From contig CM082588.2 of NCBI GenBank assembly GCA_040954595.2, positions 7,153,847 to 7,217,846 of the forward strand: a stretch of DNA of 64,000 nucleotides, read 5' to 3'. The notes beneath the pieces are model-generated. The model worked only from the letters and a program-made list of their open reading frames with translations, was not told where the DNA came from and made no database searches. The stretch is from Balanoglossus misakiensis (taxonomy: Eukaryota; Animalia; Hemichordata). Shown piece by piece: positions 1 to 13,700 of the stretch (its first letter is position 1; the number at the start of each line of letters is the position of its first letter). The position numbers and the translations under genes were made by a program.

Positions 1-86
1 TCACCACTTTTGGAGGGAACTTTCCCACTGCCCAGCATACCATAAATTCCTCAGAGAAAAAAAGTTGGCTTGGACAGTCTACTTAC

Positions 87-134
87 CCTGACGAAGAGCT
101 CAATTGTGTCGTTTGAGTTATTCATGTCGCTCAT
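87..134 (-). CDS. First coding exon of a fourth CLIC/DHAR-like paralog (rest of gene lies left of the window)
   Basis: Minus strand ATG AGC GAC ATG AAT...ATT GAG CTC TTC GTC AGG|gtaagt = MSDMNNSNDTIELFVR. Phase-0 donor. Matches exon 1 of the other three paralogs (MSDQTDIELFVK, MSLELYVK, MALELFVK). Confidence 0.7.
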
Positions 135-2310
135 TTTGCAATGTTATGTCTTCCGAAAGAAGATAAAGGTGCAAAATCAGTCGAACAATTTCGGGAATAT
201 ATACAGTACTCCAGATATACCTCACCCAACGTATGAAGGTACTACGCATGCGCGGATAAGTAAATTGCGCCGCCAACCGACCGCAGTGGTGATTACCCCA
301 GTACATGGAGATATAGATGTGGAGAAAGTTATCATTTATGGCATTATAATATAATATTTACTTACCAATATCTTTCACACATCAAAGGAAGGTGCTTTCA
401 ATTAAGGCCTATTTCCCTCGTTTTGAAACCACCGCAACTCCAAGATGATTGACATCTACATTATACTAGTAGCTTGAAGAATGTGTCATGTTCCATAGCA
501 ACATGATTGTGGATTTCCTTTACCATTGTTTCAATTTATTGGGAATTTACACGTACTTTTGGAAGACATGTTTCTGAGACACATACAGTAGCAGAAGTTC
601 ATGTTACATGTATTTGATGCACACTTTGAAGAGGGCGCCATGAGTACGTGTTCCGGAGCATTCGAGTAATTTCACGTCCACCCGTCATCATTCGGATATA
701 CCTGTTATGTAGTACAGTACACGCACCATACCCAAAGAATGGTAGAGTGAAAAATATGATATCTAAACGTTAACGCACCACTACAAAATATTTGGGAGAT
801 AATATATTTCAGTGTACCCTTGTGGGCCTGAGAAATTAGTTTTCTGCATTAATTTGGATACACTGCTTCAGTTGTGAGCTTGCTTGATCAAAAGAACAAT
901 GCGCTTCATCTTTTAAATTAATATGGTAATTTTATTATGCACTAAAAATTTAACAATGTTTCACAATTAACGTCTGTGTTCAATAAATGGAATAAAATGC
1001 ACTCCCGCTTGTAGTGTATGGTCCGATGATCGACTTAGGAGCTCTACGCGTACAGCGACTGCTAAACTATCTTGCATGCGTGCATCTTGTAGGGACAAAT
1101 GCCAATCAAGATATCTGTTGCAGGATATTTAAGATACACACCATGTACATACCCCGTAAAAAGTACTGGTGGTAACTGACATGCGCTCATCATGCACTGA
1201 GTTCGCCAAGAAGACAGCAGCATTTACATATTTTAACACTAGAGGGCGTACAACAACTCGTACTTTATTCGCTCGTGTTTGATGGCGACAGATTTATAAT
1301 CAATGGGCGAAATAATCATTGACAGTAAAGTTTATTATTTCGACATTTAATGTCTCTTTAACACAGCTATAGTCTATAATAAAGTTCGGTAAGATTCACT
1401 TCTGAAAATTACGTTTATTCTCAAATTTCTAACGTGGCACTTGTAGGAATACCATTTCGACTGATTAATTAAAACATGTACGTATATTTTATTTCAGGTG
1501 ACTAAGAAAGCCTGTTTTCTCTCTGTCTGGGATTGGACCGACCGACCTTCTTTTTATCGTAGGCGAATTGATACACTTACTCATCTCAAGAGTTCGTATA
1601 AAACTTTGCAGACCGACAGTGCCCTCTATATATTAAAGTGTCTGGGTGAAAATAATACGATTATCGCTGTGAACATGCGCAGTGCCGAACTCTCTAAATC
1701 TAATATAACAATATAGCACCATCTTTATCTAATGAAGGAAAATGTATGTTTCTTTCTAGTAATTTTGCCCTTCAATCATGCACAACAAATGTGGCAAAAT
1801 AATAGTCGAAAGTAAAGCGTCAATTTGTCAATTTTCAGCTCTCCGTAGCATTTTGGAAATTTGCTTAGCTCTTGCCCAAAATATACATTTCCACCATAAC
1901 TATCGAACACATGGGGTGAACAAGTTTGGGGGAATTCTATGCCGTAAATTTTTCCCGTTCTCTGGGCGCAGAACTGACTGCGGCGTATTGTAACATAAAA
2001 CAAATAATACTATGCATTTATCTAATTAAACTAACTGCATATCAATTATATTCTATGGATGCTATACACCGAAGTTGAAAAACATCGTACAGATTCCTAA
2101 GATCACAAACGGCAAGAATTTCTCATCGACATCATAAAGTCGACCACTGATATATACAATAAATTTGTCTGTTCTTGAATCAAATAATTGTTTTTTTCTC
2201 CATTCGTTCACAATCAATGTCCCAGCATTATCGACCACAAAATATCCTTTCCTTTATCTGCCTTTTCATTTCTAGATTCAACCAGTATCACCTATCTCCT
2301 CTTCGTCAGT

Positions 2311-3342
2311 TCATCGCTGGAAGTGTTTGCTCCATCCGTAGATAATCTCCTCGTCTGCGCATTTTGTCTTTTGGAAAGCCTCGGTTTCGAATCCCCCGTC
2401 CAGGTATCTCTTGAGGGCGGGAAATTCCTCTGGCATCTCAAATTTCTGACAGAAAAAAAAATTAAAAGCGTGATTTAACTACTGAAATAAAACATGACGG
2501 GTTTTCATTGTTCAGGGTAGTATTTATCGTACTATTTCGAAAATACGTAAAACACGTGCAAGTCGTTCAAGGTGCAATATCATAGCACTGATAGGATTTC
2601 GTCGTTCGATCTGACCGATAGGCCTGGTACCCCCCCCCCCTCTGATCCGAATAACACCACCTGGCTAGCGATGATGGGTTAAAAATGAGCTGGTTTCGGA
2701 GACAATCGGTGGCATTTGAGACCACGTGACCTGGTTTGTCGACATATCAAGTTAGTTTTAAATGGCGTCATCCAAGCTAAATGTAATACTCCAAAAGAAT
2801 AAGAGGCGTGTTTTGGTTAAATCCACTTCAAAGTTGCGATACAGACAGACGATATCTCATCATGAGTCAACACATTTAGCTGGTTATCGATCAGAGCGGT
2901 CTAATGGCTTAGATACGCTATCTCGATTTAGGTGCCATGAAGTAAACTCGTTGAGACTGCCTTACCTTATAGTGTCTGGCCGCCACTTTGATGTGGTATA
3001 ACTTTGGCAAGATGTTGCAGTCTGGGAGTTTGAGTTCATCGCCATCGATGAACATTCCCGGAGAATTGGCAAGGAATGAATCCAGCTTCCTTAGCTCATC
3101 CTTCAAAGCCCTGGCAAGATTCTCCTGTTTGTTGGCATCCCGGTTCTTCAGGAAACTGAAACCAAGGAAATATATCCAAAGCGATATTATCACTGATCAA
3201 GCAATGACGTCCAACAACAAAGTACATATGTAAGTGTGTGTGTAGACCCTGTAGGAAGGATCTATGGTGTGTGTGTTAAAATTTCGCCGACAGAACTTAT
3301 GTGAATCCGATCCGGTGATGATGGTGGTGGTGGTGGTGGTGG

Positions 3343-3386
<44 letters not shown>

Positions 3387-3888
3387 TGTCGAATTGAAGT
3401 GTTGAAAAAAGTGCATAAGACTTGTGTTAAACTGGCATGCCACTATGGTTCAGCAATCGACCAATGTTCTAAGCGAGAGGCTGTTGCCAAGGAAACCAAC
3501 CTGGCTGCACGATATCTTGCCTCCGTACACAGCAAAGAAGATGTATTAAAAGACTGTCACTGAAAGAAGGACTTACGCGGTGAATTTTTGGAAGATGTCC
3601 ATGCCTCCCTTCTCCGCTTTCGGCGTATCCGGCCTCAACTTCGGTTCCGGGAAAGTGGTTTCTAGATAGTCCGCGATGACTGTTGCATCGTCCAATAATC
3701 TCTCACCGTGGATCAGGACGGGTACCTTCCCCGAGGGACTCATGTCCAAGAATTCCCTCGGTTTGATTTGCATGTTTATCGGGACAATTTGATAGTCAAG
3801 TCCTTTTAGTTGGAGTACCATTTGAATGCGATGACAGAATGGACAGTCGCCGAGCGAGTTGCCGTCTTGTCCGGCCTGTGAGGGGAGG

Positions 3889-3975
<87 letters not shown>

Positions 3976-6900
3976 TGTCAACTACATTTAAAACCTTTTC
4001 TGAATTGAACAAATATTCCTTTGCGAAAATAAAATAAATCATGGATTAAACCATGATCAAACATAGTGCTGTTGGATTGAATATGTTTTATTTATTGGCA
4101 AGGTTACTGACGATTATTGGCCAGGTTACTGACGATAATACAGACCTGATATCGAATTATGACACAACACTTTACATAAAATAGCACAATATAGCATAAT
4201 AATTTGTGGAAACGATGCTATAAACACATTTATATGAAGCTCAGTCATAGTAACGTACCAAAAATTTAAGATATACATGTCTTTTGAATCAGGCTACTGT
4301 CAAATTAGGATTTATAGACATCTCGTAAAGTGAATTTCTTGGACCCAATAACACAAACGGGGATAACCCGACACGCGATGAATCATCGCCCTCCTTTTGT
4401 AGTCTGAGAGATTTTAATCTATAAAATAGTACAATATTTTTCGCGCACATACTGATTTCAACAGAGCATATTCATTGTAAGCGGTGACGAATGAACTTTA
4501 CCCAGCCTGCCCTTTCACCTTATACTCAGTTGCCGGGACAAACTTCAGAGCTCATATCGATATATTCGCCCGTTCGCTCTTTGATAGAAAATCTAAGATA
4601 ACTAAATAAATGTGGCGACTTTTTTCGTTTTTTGACTTGCGAAATACGTCGTTTTTTTGTTGAAACACAGCGAGAATTTATTGAACGATATCCACGGTCG
4701 AAACACATTCAAGCAGTATCGTGTTTATTATATTTGTATAATTTCAAGTGATGCTTCATAGTTTCAAATGTCTGGCGCGTTAGGTGGTACGAAAAAGGTC
4801 AAAGGTCGGTCGTGAACACGTCACCTTTGTTACTTGGTACAGCAGGTATGCGAGTAACATAAATATAAGATGAAATTCTATCAGTTGCCCCGGGAAGGTT
4901 GTTCCGTGTGACTTGTAAGTAGTCAAGTTTTTTTCAGAAAATCCAGAACTGAAAACACAAACAAAATACTTCCAGCATGGTTCCCAGACTTTCGCGAGTC
5001 ATGGGTTAAATGGCAATTCTGAAGCAACCGTTCTATCGTTGTCAAACGAAAAAAAAATATTTAAAATGCTATTTTCACGCATTTTATTGTTAATATTATG
5101 AAATAACGTCGATGTAATACACCTTTTCAGCAAAATGCGCATTTTTGGGCCAATTCTCCGAGTCCAACCCAGGGTGCGACTTTGTAATGGAACATGAACA
5201 CAAGTTGACAAGAGAATTTATACGGCAGTGCAATGTGGTACTCAGTAGTATTTTGTCAGTAAATCTCAACGGACACACAAGAGACATTTTATGGCATTTC
5301 ACAGAACAGTCCCTCAAACTACGAGCAGAGTTCATATGGTGTGTGACAGGGCAACGGAAATTTTATATTAAAGAACGACGCCATTTTGGTTTGGCCACTA
5401 AATTGGCCGTATCAATGAAGCGCTTAGCGTTAATTATAAAAAAATATCATTTCCCTCAACATAAAACGATTGAGAGATTGGGCCCCAATTAAGAAGTGCA
5501 TTTTATTCACCAATGCGAACGTAAAGTCCATTGACAGGTTTAGGTGCCCACCCATGGTCAAGTGCACAATATAGCGGTCATGTCCAGGCCGTCATCTTCG
5601 AATAGTACGAGCAAGTCCGCGGCTCACCTTCAGCCGGGCAGCGAACTCATATAAATCCCTCCAAAGTCGATTCGGTACCCCCTCTTATGGTCCACGATGC
5701 CTACTCAAGACTTTCAAGTTTCTGGTTAAACAGAATTCGTGACCTATGCATTTATTCTAAAAACCCATTTTCGCGAGTCGCGTATATACTGTCACACGCG
5801 TAAAGGCCGGTTGTTCGTCACGTGCACAGGTCTGTTCAAGTCCAGGGGCCAACAAACTGTAGGTCACACAAGTGGAATGGTCGAGAGAAAAAAATGACGT
5901 TATATGCAAATGAATTGTTTGCATGGCAAATAAAATATGACAATGAAATAAAGGGTCAGATTACTCGCCGGTACATTCCTCCACACAAGTGGTCGATTGT
6001 CGGCCACACCTGGCAAATAGCCGCCATGTTTGACCTGACAAGCTTACCATCACAGCTTTGCAAAAAGTTGACATTTTCTTGGTCCGTGCATTTTTCTGCT
6101 GGAAACGTTCTTTCCGAACGATCAGGGATTCACTTTTGAATCAAAGAGAACTTACAAAGTGACGTAGTTATTAGGAGACCAAAATGGCACTTAAATTTTA
6201 AATCTAAGATTTAGGATAGCTACGGTATGTACAGATAAAATTTCTAAAATGTCTGGGTCAAATTGCTATCAGCGAAAACGATTATCACCACTCCCTTGTA
6301 GGAAGAAATTACAGAAGCCGGATAAGCAAAGTTTAGATGTTGGAAGAAGATTCAACAACTGTAGTTTTCAAAGACAACATTTACATACGTATTATTCAAC
6401 AGATAAATTTATTATGAATCCTTATGTAGCCATGGTTACGGGATGTGATGTATTCAGCTGAGATTATGATTGAAAATTAACAATGAGTGGCAAACCCTTT
6501 TTTTCCAGGGTGGTGAAAATTATGAAATATAACTGTTTATGATCTACTTATTCACGCAACACAATCATAAGCTTACACAGTATTTCTACTTATCACAAAT
6601 GAATGTGCGTCTCACGTGCGCATATTTATGAATTAAACAAAAACGAGAAAAAGATACGTTATTGCGAATCGTGACGACAACCAATTTACTGAACAGAGTA
6701 CTTGTACTGCAAATCTCTCTTTTATTCACTTTTATTGGCTTTTTGTACCCGAGTTCCCTTTCGCGTAGCTTTACGCGACACTTGAGTGACCACTTCCCTT
6801 AACGCGTTACGTGAAATATACTTAAGAGCGTTTTTCACAGTCGTTTTATGTTAAAACACCACATTGGCCGATATACTAGGATGCTGGCCATCATCATGTT

Positions 6901-8108
6901 TCCCGCGACGAGTCTTGCGTAAAAAGGTCATCAAACTTGTTACCAAGGAAACGCAGTTATTTGCCGATTGGCCAAACACCATTCTGTTGGCAGCCATTTT
7001 GTAGTATATAAGCGCGATTTTCAACCTTTAAATGTTAAGAATGACAATTCGACTTCGAAGATACCAATTACCGCGGCGGTGTTGACGCAATTTGAAATAC
7101 TTTATGTTGATCTATAACCAACTTGAAAATGAAAAGATTACTGGTAAAATTTGCATATCATATATTCGCATGTTTTATCGTAACGACCTGTGCAGTGCAC
7201 TAAAGTTAAATTACCCTGGGTTTATCGCGATTGTGTTCTGGTCCGACTTCTTGCCATATAAGGCAGTGGGTGGCAACGTTATTGGCTTTCAAGGGGTCGA
7301 CTTATCTACACAGGTGATGATTTAGTTGGAATATTAACAGGCTGTTAATAACAGACGTTATTCTAACTCGACTAGCGAGTTGTCCCGACACGTATGGACA
7401 TAACAGATCGTAGGGGGAAAACGAAATAAGGCACCCGCAGTCAGACAAGTTCACGGCCGTTGACGATTATCACGAAGTTCCCAATCGCGCTTAATCTCAG
7501 GATTAGACGTCTGAGAAAACAGCGACGGTGTTATTATCCGGTGATTAAACAGTTCAAAACTGCGTAACCACGCTTATTCAGTCTGGCATGTTGGCTGGCC
7601 ATTTTTCTTCGGAGTATTTAGATTTGATATACAAAGATGTGCCATGATTGTATTTGGATAGCGCATACCTTAGCATCAACGCGCTATAAATTACACCTGC
7701 CTGCACCAAGGCCGTGTGTGTGGACTATGTTGGGTGCGGTCTGGTTCCAGACCAAAATCAACGTTGCCCAATATCAACGTGTATATACACTTGGCCATCT
7801 GCAAACCTGTCTAACACACCACCATACGTTAGATAAACGCATGACAAATATTGCCCTGCGCTGAATTCTCTTTACAAATCAAACGCAGACTAACCGACCA
7901 CGGCCTTTGTGACTTCTATCTGACCCACATAAAGTGGTTAGGTCAATATTCATAAATTACGAATTCTTTTTTTTTTTCTCGTCTGTAGACTCCGTCCACT
8001 ACAGGTGGTTTTTACGGTATTTGTATTGGCCGTTTAACGACGCTGGAACAGCAAATGAAAAAGTAACAGAGTGTGTGCGCTTACCTTGACATAAAGTTCC
8101 AGTGACAT
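2311..8108 (-). CDS. CLIC/DHAR-like GST-fold protein, copy 1 (215 aa, CPFC active site)
   Basis: Exons 8108-8085, 3875-3577, 3155-2966, 2445-2311. All introns are GT-AG and phases are consistent (0,2,0). Protein MSLELYVKAGQDGNSLGDCPFCHRIQM...SPSGKVPVL...LPDCNILPKLYHIKVA...IIYGWSKHFQR*. Confidence 0.9.
3315..3386. repeat. (GTG)n/(GAT)n trinucleotide microsatellite, intronic
   Basis: Directly visible; source of spurious poly-V/poly-M ORF. Confidence 0.95.
3893..3973. repeat. (GA)n microsatellite forming the polypyrimidine tract of copy-1 exon 2
   Basis: (GA)n run ending ~15 nt upstream (minus strand) of the CAG acceptor at 3878-3876. Confidence 0.9.
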
Positions 8109-8405
8109 TTTATGTTCGTTGTAGTGGATGTCACTGATCGCGTCTGAACTATTCTTACACGTGTAAAAGTGAGCTGTAGCGCCGTTCTCGCACGCAGTCA
8201 GTCAGAAGAGAGCGAGTGCGGCTAGAGTCGTGAGGTCAGTCGAAACAACTCCCTAGCTAGGTCTGAAAATGCCCCTCTGTCGTGCTGTGTGCCCTGTTCA
8301 GATAAGCCCATCGAGGCTGCGAAGAACCGCTTTGACTATGAGGCGGGTGGATGTGGAAATCGTGAGCATGAATGCAGTTACTGGGTAATGCAGATCAAGG
8401 AAAGT

Positions 8406-8569
<164 letters not shown>

Positions 8570-10197
8570 AGACATAGCATCACTTGAGGGTTACGCTTAA
8601 AGTTCACAACTACACTATCACATTTTCAAGAATTACAAGTCGTCAGTTTAACTTTTTGACATTTCATGTTTTTTTTAATTTGACGTACAAAACATAGGCA
8701 TATGAGGATTAAATAGCCAAGGATAAAACATGGTCGATCTGAAAAAGGTTATAGAATTAATTACCTGACCTGACAATTGATGATAAATCGGCGACTTAAC
8801 AAGCATTTCAGAGAAAACAATTTTGCATATTCCAAACTTTCATCAAAAGTTCCCAATACGAATAGAAATTTATGTCCAGGAATATATTGTCGCCACCTCA
8901 TCTCAGACAAAAATTAAACACATACCACAGAACAATTTTGATTACAAAATATAAAATCAGTAATTTTAAATAATCGAATACTGTCATCTTGACGTAACTG
9001 TCTTTCACGTTCCAACATAAATAAAAACTACACACCCGATATTTTTATATCTATAGTACTTTCAAAATATAACATTTGAATAAAACATTCTAATTACAAA
9101 TGTGACTGCATTTAATCGATGGCTGTAAGCAGGGAAAATCAAAATTGGTAGACCAAAAGGGTCGAGAAGAGCCGAAAAATAGCTTTGAGATCGAAATTTG
9201 TTCATTTTGGGAAACCGCAATCGAAATTAAAATAGTTACTTTAGGTTTGTGTCTTCAAAAGTTACAGTTTACATTGAAAACATTGCATTAAAAACAATTC
9301 ACGTAAAGACAGCGGGGGTTCAAAGGTCGACATGCAAATTATATCCGGGAATTTCCATGCCCAAGAAACAAAAAAATGTACATATCATCAAAAATATATA
9401 TCATCACCTCATTCTACAACTATCCATGCTGGAATTTGCACCAGCGAACAAAGAACCTCTTTGTTATACAAAATTAAAAACATCACAAATTTACAGTTGA
9501 CAGCAACAACGGGCAGTTGGACATATGTAAAACGTATACACTAAATACTATTATATATAAGACATGCACCATGAAAATGTTGAATTCACAGGATAATTAC
9601 GTCTACGATCTACCGTTTAAGAGTTGTAGTTATTTGATTCATGAGGGATATTGCCTTCTTGTTGACCTACATTGTACCAACACTAAATATGTGAATGTCC
9701 CACATTTCGAGACTTCATGAATTTCAGTAGGTCACCAGGTCATATGTAGAGCATTGAACACACTGTTATAGCTATAAAATGCTATTTGCGTGTTCCCAAC
9801 TTCTAACAATCAGGAATAAAAGCAATTTGCTGTGCCTCTGTCCTTATACTGAAATACCTGTATATCAATCGATTATAAAAAACCTTTCGCCACCAGCATC
9901 CATTTTCTATGCTAAAGTTGGACCTCTACATAGTGAAATAGGGGTGAAAGCGTGAAACCCCACCATCCAAGGATATGTAGTACAATGAGATAGTCATATC
10001 ATTAGTATAATTGCATATCTATAATTTCTGGCACTGTGAAGTTTTAAAGCTTAACAAATATTCAACATAATGAACGCTACCCTTAATTTGGCGAGCGTGA
10101 ATGATTACAAATCGCAGCAGTTTTTGTGTCAACATAGTCTGGTACCCAAAACCAAGTGTGCTTTGTCTGTGGTTTTAGATAGACTCACACACGCAGG

Positions 10198-10324
10198 GTC
10201 TGGAAACGCAGTCTGCTATCGTCGTCCTGAAATTGTACATGTCAATAAAAGTCAAAATGCGATGCGATTCAAGATCACGTGGTGACCAAAATTTCAGAGA
10301 CGATAGTAGACTGCGTTTCCAGAC
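10198..10324. repeat. Inverted repeat (~26-bp arms, ~75-bp spacer), MITE-like
   Basis: gtctggaaacgcagtctgctatcgtc ... gacgatagtagactgcgtttccagac. Confidence 0.7.
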
Positions 10325-10754
10325 ACACTGGGGTCTGGAGACTAATGTAATGTCAACATGCATCTACAGAAGTGAAGTAGCTTTCATACTAGATATAATG
10401 CTACTGTAACAGCAATAATGGGCTGATTGTCCAGATTCCACGAAAGAGGCCACCTATACATTATCTTAATCGTACATTATAGCAATACAACTATGGTTTT
10501 GGTATGGGGGAAGATGACAATGTTAACATCTCATGTTAACGAGTGCTCAGTAACCTGCGACAACACAGAACGAAAATTAATGGACACTGTTGATTTTTTT
10601 TCGCAAATCAAACGCCATAAAACGGATTTGATCTTCAAAGGAAATGTCTAGTCGTCTAATAAATATCGATATAATGTTTTGTTCTTTAAGAAGGGCGCGA
10701 AAAAATGCGGTGAATTGCCGGTGCTGTATGTTTGTTTGTTTGTTAAAGCGCCAC

Positions 10755-13700
10755 CTAGCGTCGTCGTTTGACGGGAACTCCAAGATGATCGGCCCAACCA
10801 TCGATTATTTCTGATTCTGGGTACTTGGTGATTTTAAAGACTTCAGTTTCAAACGCCGTGTCCATGTATTTCTTCAAATCTTCTAATTCGTCTGGTATTT
10901 CAAAATCCTGCAAAATGATGGCAAAGACATGGGATCAACCATCAGGCATATAAAATGATCTTGAAACTATAGTCTGACTGCAATCAAGTTCCTAATAAAT
11001 CTATGGGAAAAATTCCCTTCTCTAAAATTATTAAATTCTGCATGTGGCGAAGAATGCACGATTATATACGTGGAGGAAATGAACTCGACTGCAAATGGTC
11101 AAATTCTGTTTTGGGTTAACATATGTATTACACTACAAAACAGTGTCAAACTATTTAGATGGCGATAATAGCATTTTAATTGTTACTGAATTCATCGTTA
11201 AACAACCACGCCATGCATGCACGTAGTCGTACTAAAATGTTTGTTGTAGAATTTTATCACTGATAACGTTTAAAAGCACAACATTTCTTATTTATTGGTT
11301 TACAGGCATTGCTTCAAGTGGATTTCGGGAACATAGTTGTTAAGCGACACGAACTAACAACTTTGAGTCTTATGCGACTTAACATAATCTCTTGATTACA
11401 TTTATTAATCCTAAATAATGGCGGTTGCCCTCGGTGCGCTGTAAATTATACTGATATAAATCTCTTGATGGATTTCTAAAACCGCAAAGATTTATGTTTG
11501 ACGTGATTTTCTCTGTTTAATTCAACCATGCAAGTGACAATGAAGTAGGAGAATTACTATGTATCACTCATTCCATCAATCAAAATCATTTCAAATCCCT
11601 GGAATCGTCCGATACTGACAAGTTCTCGCCTCGTGGAGAAGTTATTTACATACAAGTACGTCAGACTCATGAGAGGGTCGCCCAAAGCTATAAATCAAGT
11701 AAACACTACGTGGCGACGGTGAAACCTATGGAGAGTTCTGACCACAACTAACACCTACATATATTGAACACCTATTGCCTGGCCATGAGGGCCATAGCGG
11801 CCGTTTATTACACCCGAGGGGCTGTGAGTTACCAGAATCATATGCTATTTCCCGAGGCCGTAGGCCGAGGGAAATAGCATATGATTCTGGTAACTCACAG
11901 TCACGAGGGGGTAAAAACGGCTGCTACATGTATGGCCCGAATATAGGCCAGGCTATAGGTGTTTTATAATAAACCTCATGCTAACAGCTGGGAAAATCTT
12001 GCAATTTTCTCTTGAGGTTGGCAGACGACATCTTCAGCGGTGGCCATTGTGTCAGACGACGCGACGCTGATTGACGTGACCACGTTGGTCACGTGACCGG
12101 TTTATATTTTTTCTGCTATTTCCCTAGCGGTTCATAGTCGATTCTATTTTCCTATCACGTGACGGATTCTGGCGAATCACGGCACAGTATTAGCATGAGG
12201 TATATTATAATAGTTTCTATTCATGAATACCATGTCGCAACCACCCACTATGAAAATATTAATCATCTCTGGCCCAAATCCCAACATATAGGGGCATGTT
12301 TGTCTATAAAAGGGTTAATTTTCCTCTGAATTCAACCAAGTACATACCAACAGTGTGTTAGACTACGATTGTATTTCGGAAATATGGCATTTCCGATTAA
12401 TAGCACATGTATTTTTTTAATCTTTTCACTAAAATATTTACACGAATCAGGATTATATTTCGTATCATGAACTTGTAAATTTTAACTGTAATCAAATTGG
12501 TCGTTCATTTCACAAAGTCAGAAATTTCATATACTGATACACAGCTGAGTCACTGAATAAAATAATGATCATAATTATATCAAAATATGGTTGTGTTAAT
12601 GAAGTTGCTTTTTGGTGTTCAAGTGCGATGTTAAGTTTTCTCTGTACCTTAAAATGTTTTGCAGCTACTTTGAGATGATACAGTTTTGGTAGGAGGTTAC
12701 AATCGGGCAACTTGAGTGTGTCTCCATCGAGAAATGCGCCCGGTGACTTGGCGAGGAAACCGTTCAATTTCCTCAGTTCTGCTAACAAGGCGTTTTTCAC
12801 TGTTTCTTCCGCCGACGAATCTCTGTTCTTTAAAACTCTGTGTGTGACAAGAACAGAAGGCATAAAATTTAATTTCAGTTGTAATGGTAACAGTTGATTA
12901 AGAGTGGTAATTAACAAAGGCATGCGTGCATCTCTTAATTATACTGGTGTCATTAGAAAACAGTTTGCATCCAGATAATTCAATCGTGTCGAATTAAAAT
13001 GGCCACCCTTCCCCCGGAACAAGTCATTCATTTTTGTACATATTCGTTATATCTAATAGAATAAATGCTTCATCGATTTTCAATGGACAAACCCACTCAC
13101 TTTGGAAACGTTAGTATTTGTTTCTCTCGATACTAAGATAAGGTTGTTGCCATATCAACGTTATACTATTAACTCTGAAAAAATTGTAAAGCATTAAGCA
13201 GCATGCCCATCACGTGACTATAATATACACGAAAATGAATTTTCAGAAACAAAAATCTACCAATCAGCAATTGTTTCGTTGTTTTTACAACCAATTTGAA
13301 AGTTGCCACGTGGAAATCAACATTAATTAATTTGATTTATTGATGTGTAACGTGGACAAACTTACGCTGCAAATTTATGAAATAACCTGTCGCCTGCATT
13401 ATCGGCCTGTGGATTGTCTGCCCTCAACTTGGGATCGGGAAATGTCGTTTCTAAGTACTCCGCAATGGCCGTCGAGTCGTCCATTCGGCCGCCGTCGTGC
13501 GTCAGAACAGGAACTTTGCCGGCGGGACTGATGTCTAAGAAGTCGCGCGGTTTTATTTTCATGTTGACGGGAATCAGTTTGTAGTGGAGTCCCTTGAGGT
13601 ACAAGATCATCTGTATACGATGTGAAAACGGGCAGTCGCCCAGACTCCTTCCATCCGTGCTACTTGCCTGAAAAACAGAACAGAAATATCGAAATTGACA

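Noticed and set aside
2278-2313. Stop readthrough or selenocysteine after the copy-1 TGA (TDEEEIGDTG follows in frame)
   Set aside because: The TGA falls where the paralogs end, the TGA-A context is not a readthrough motif, and no SECIS was recognised.
4500-7330. Several 60-115-aa ORFs in copy-1 intron 1
   Set aside because: No domain signatures. Probably decayed transposon sequence, but no TIR/TSD could be fixed by eye.
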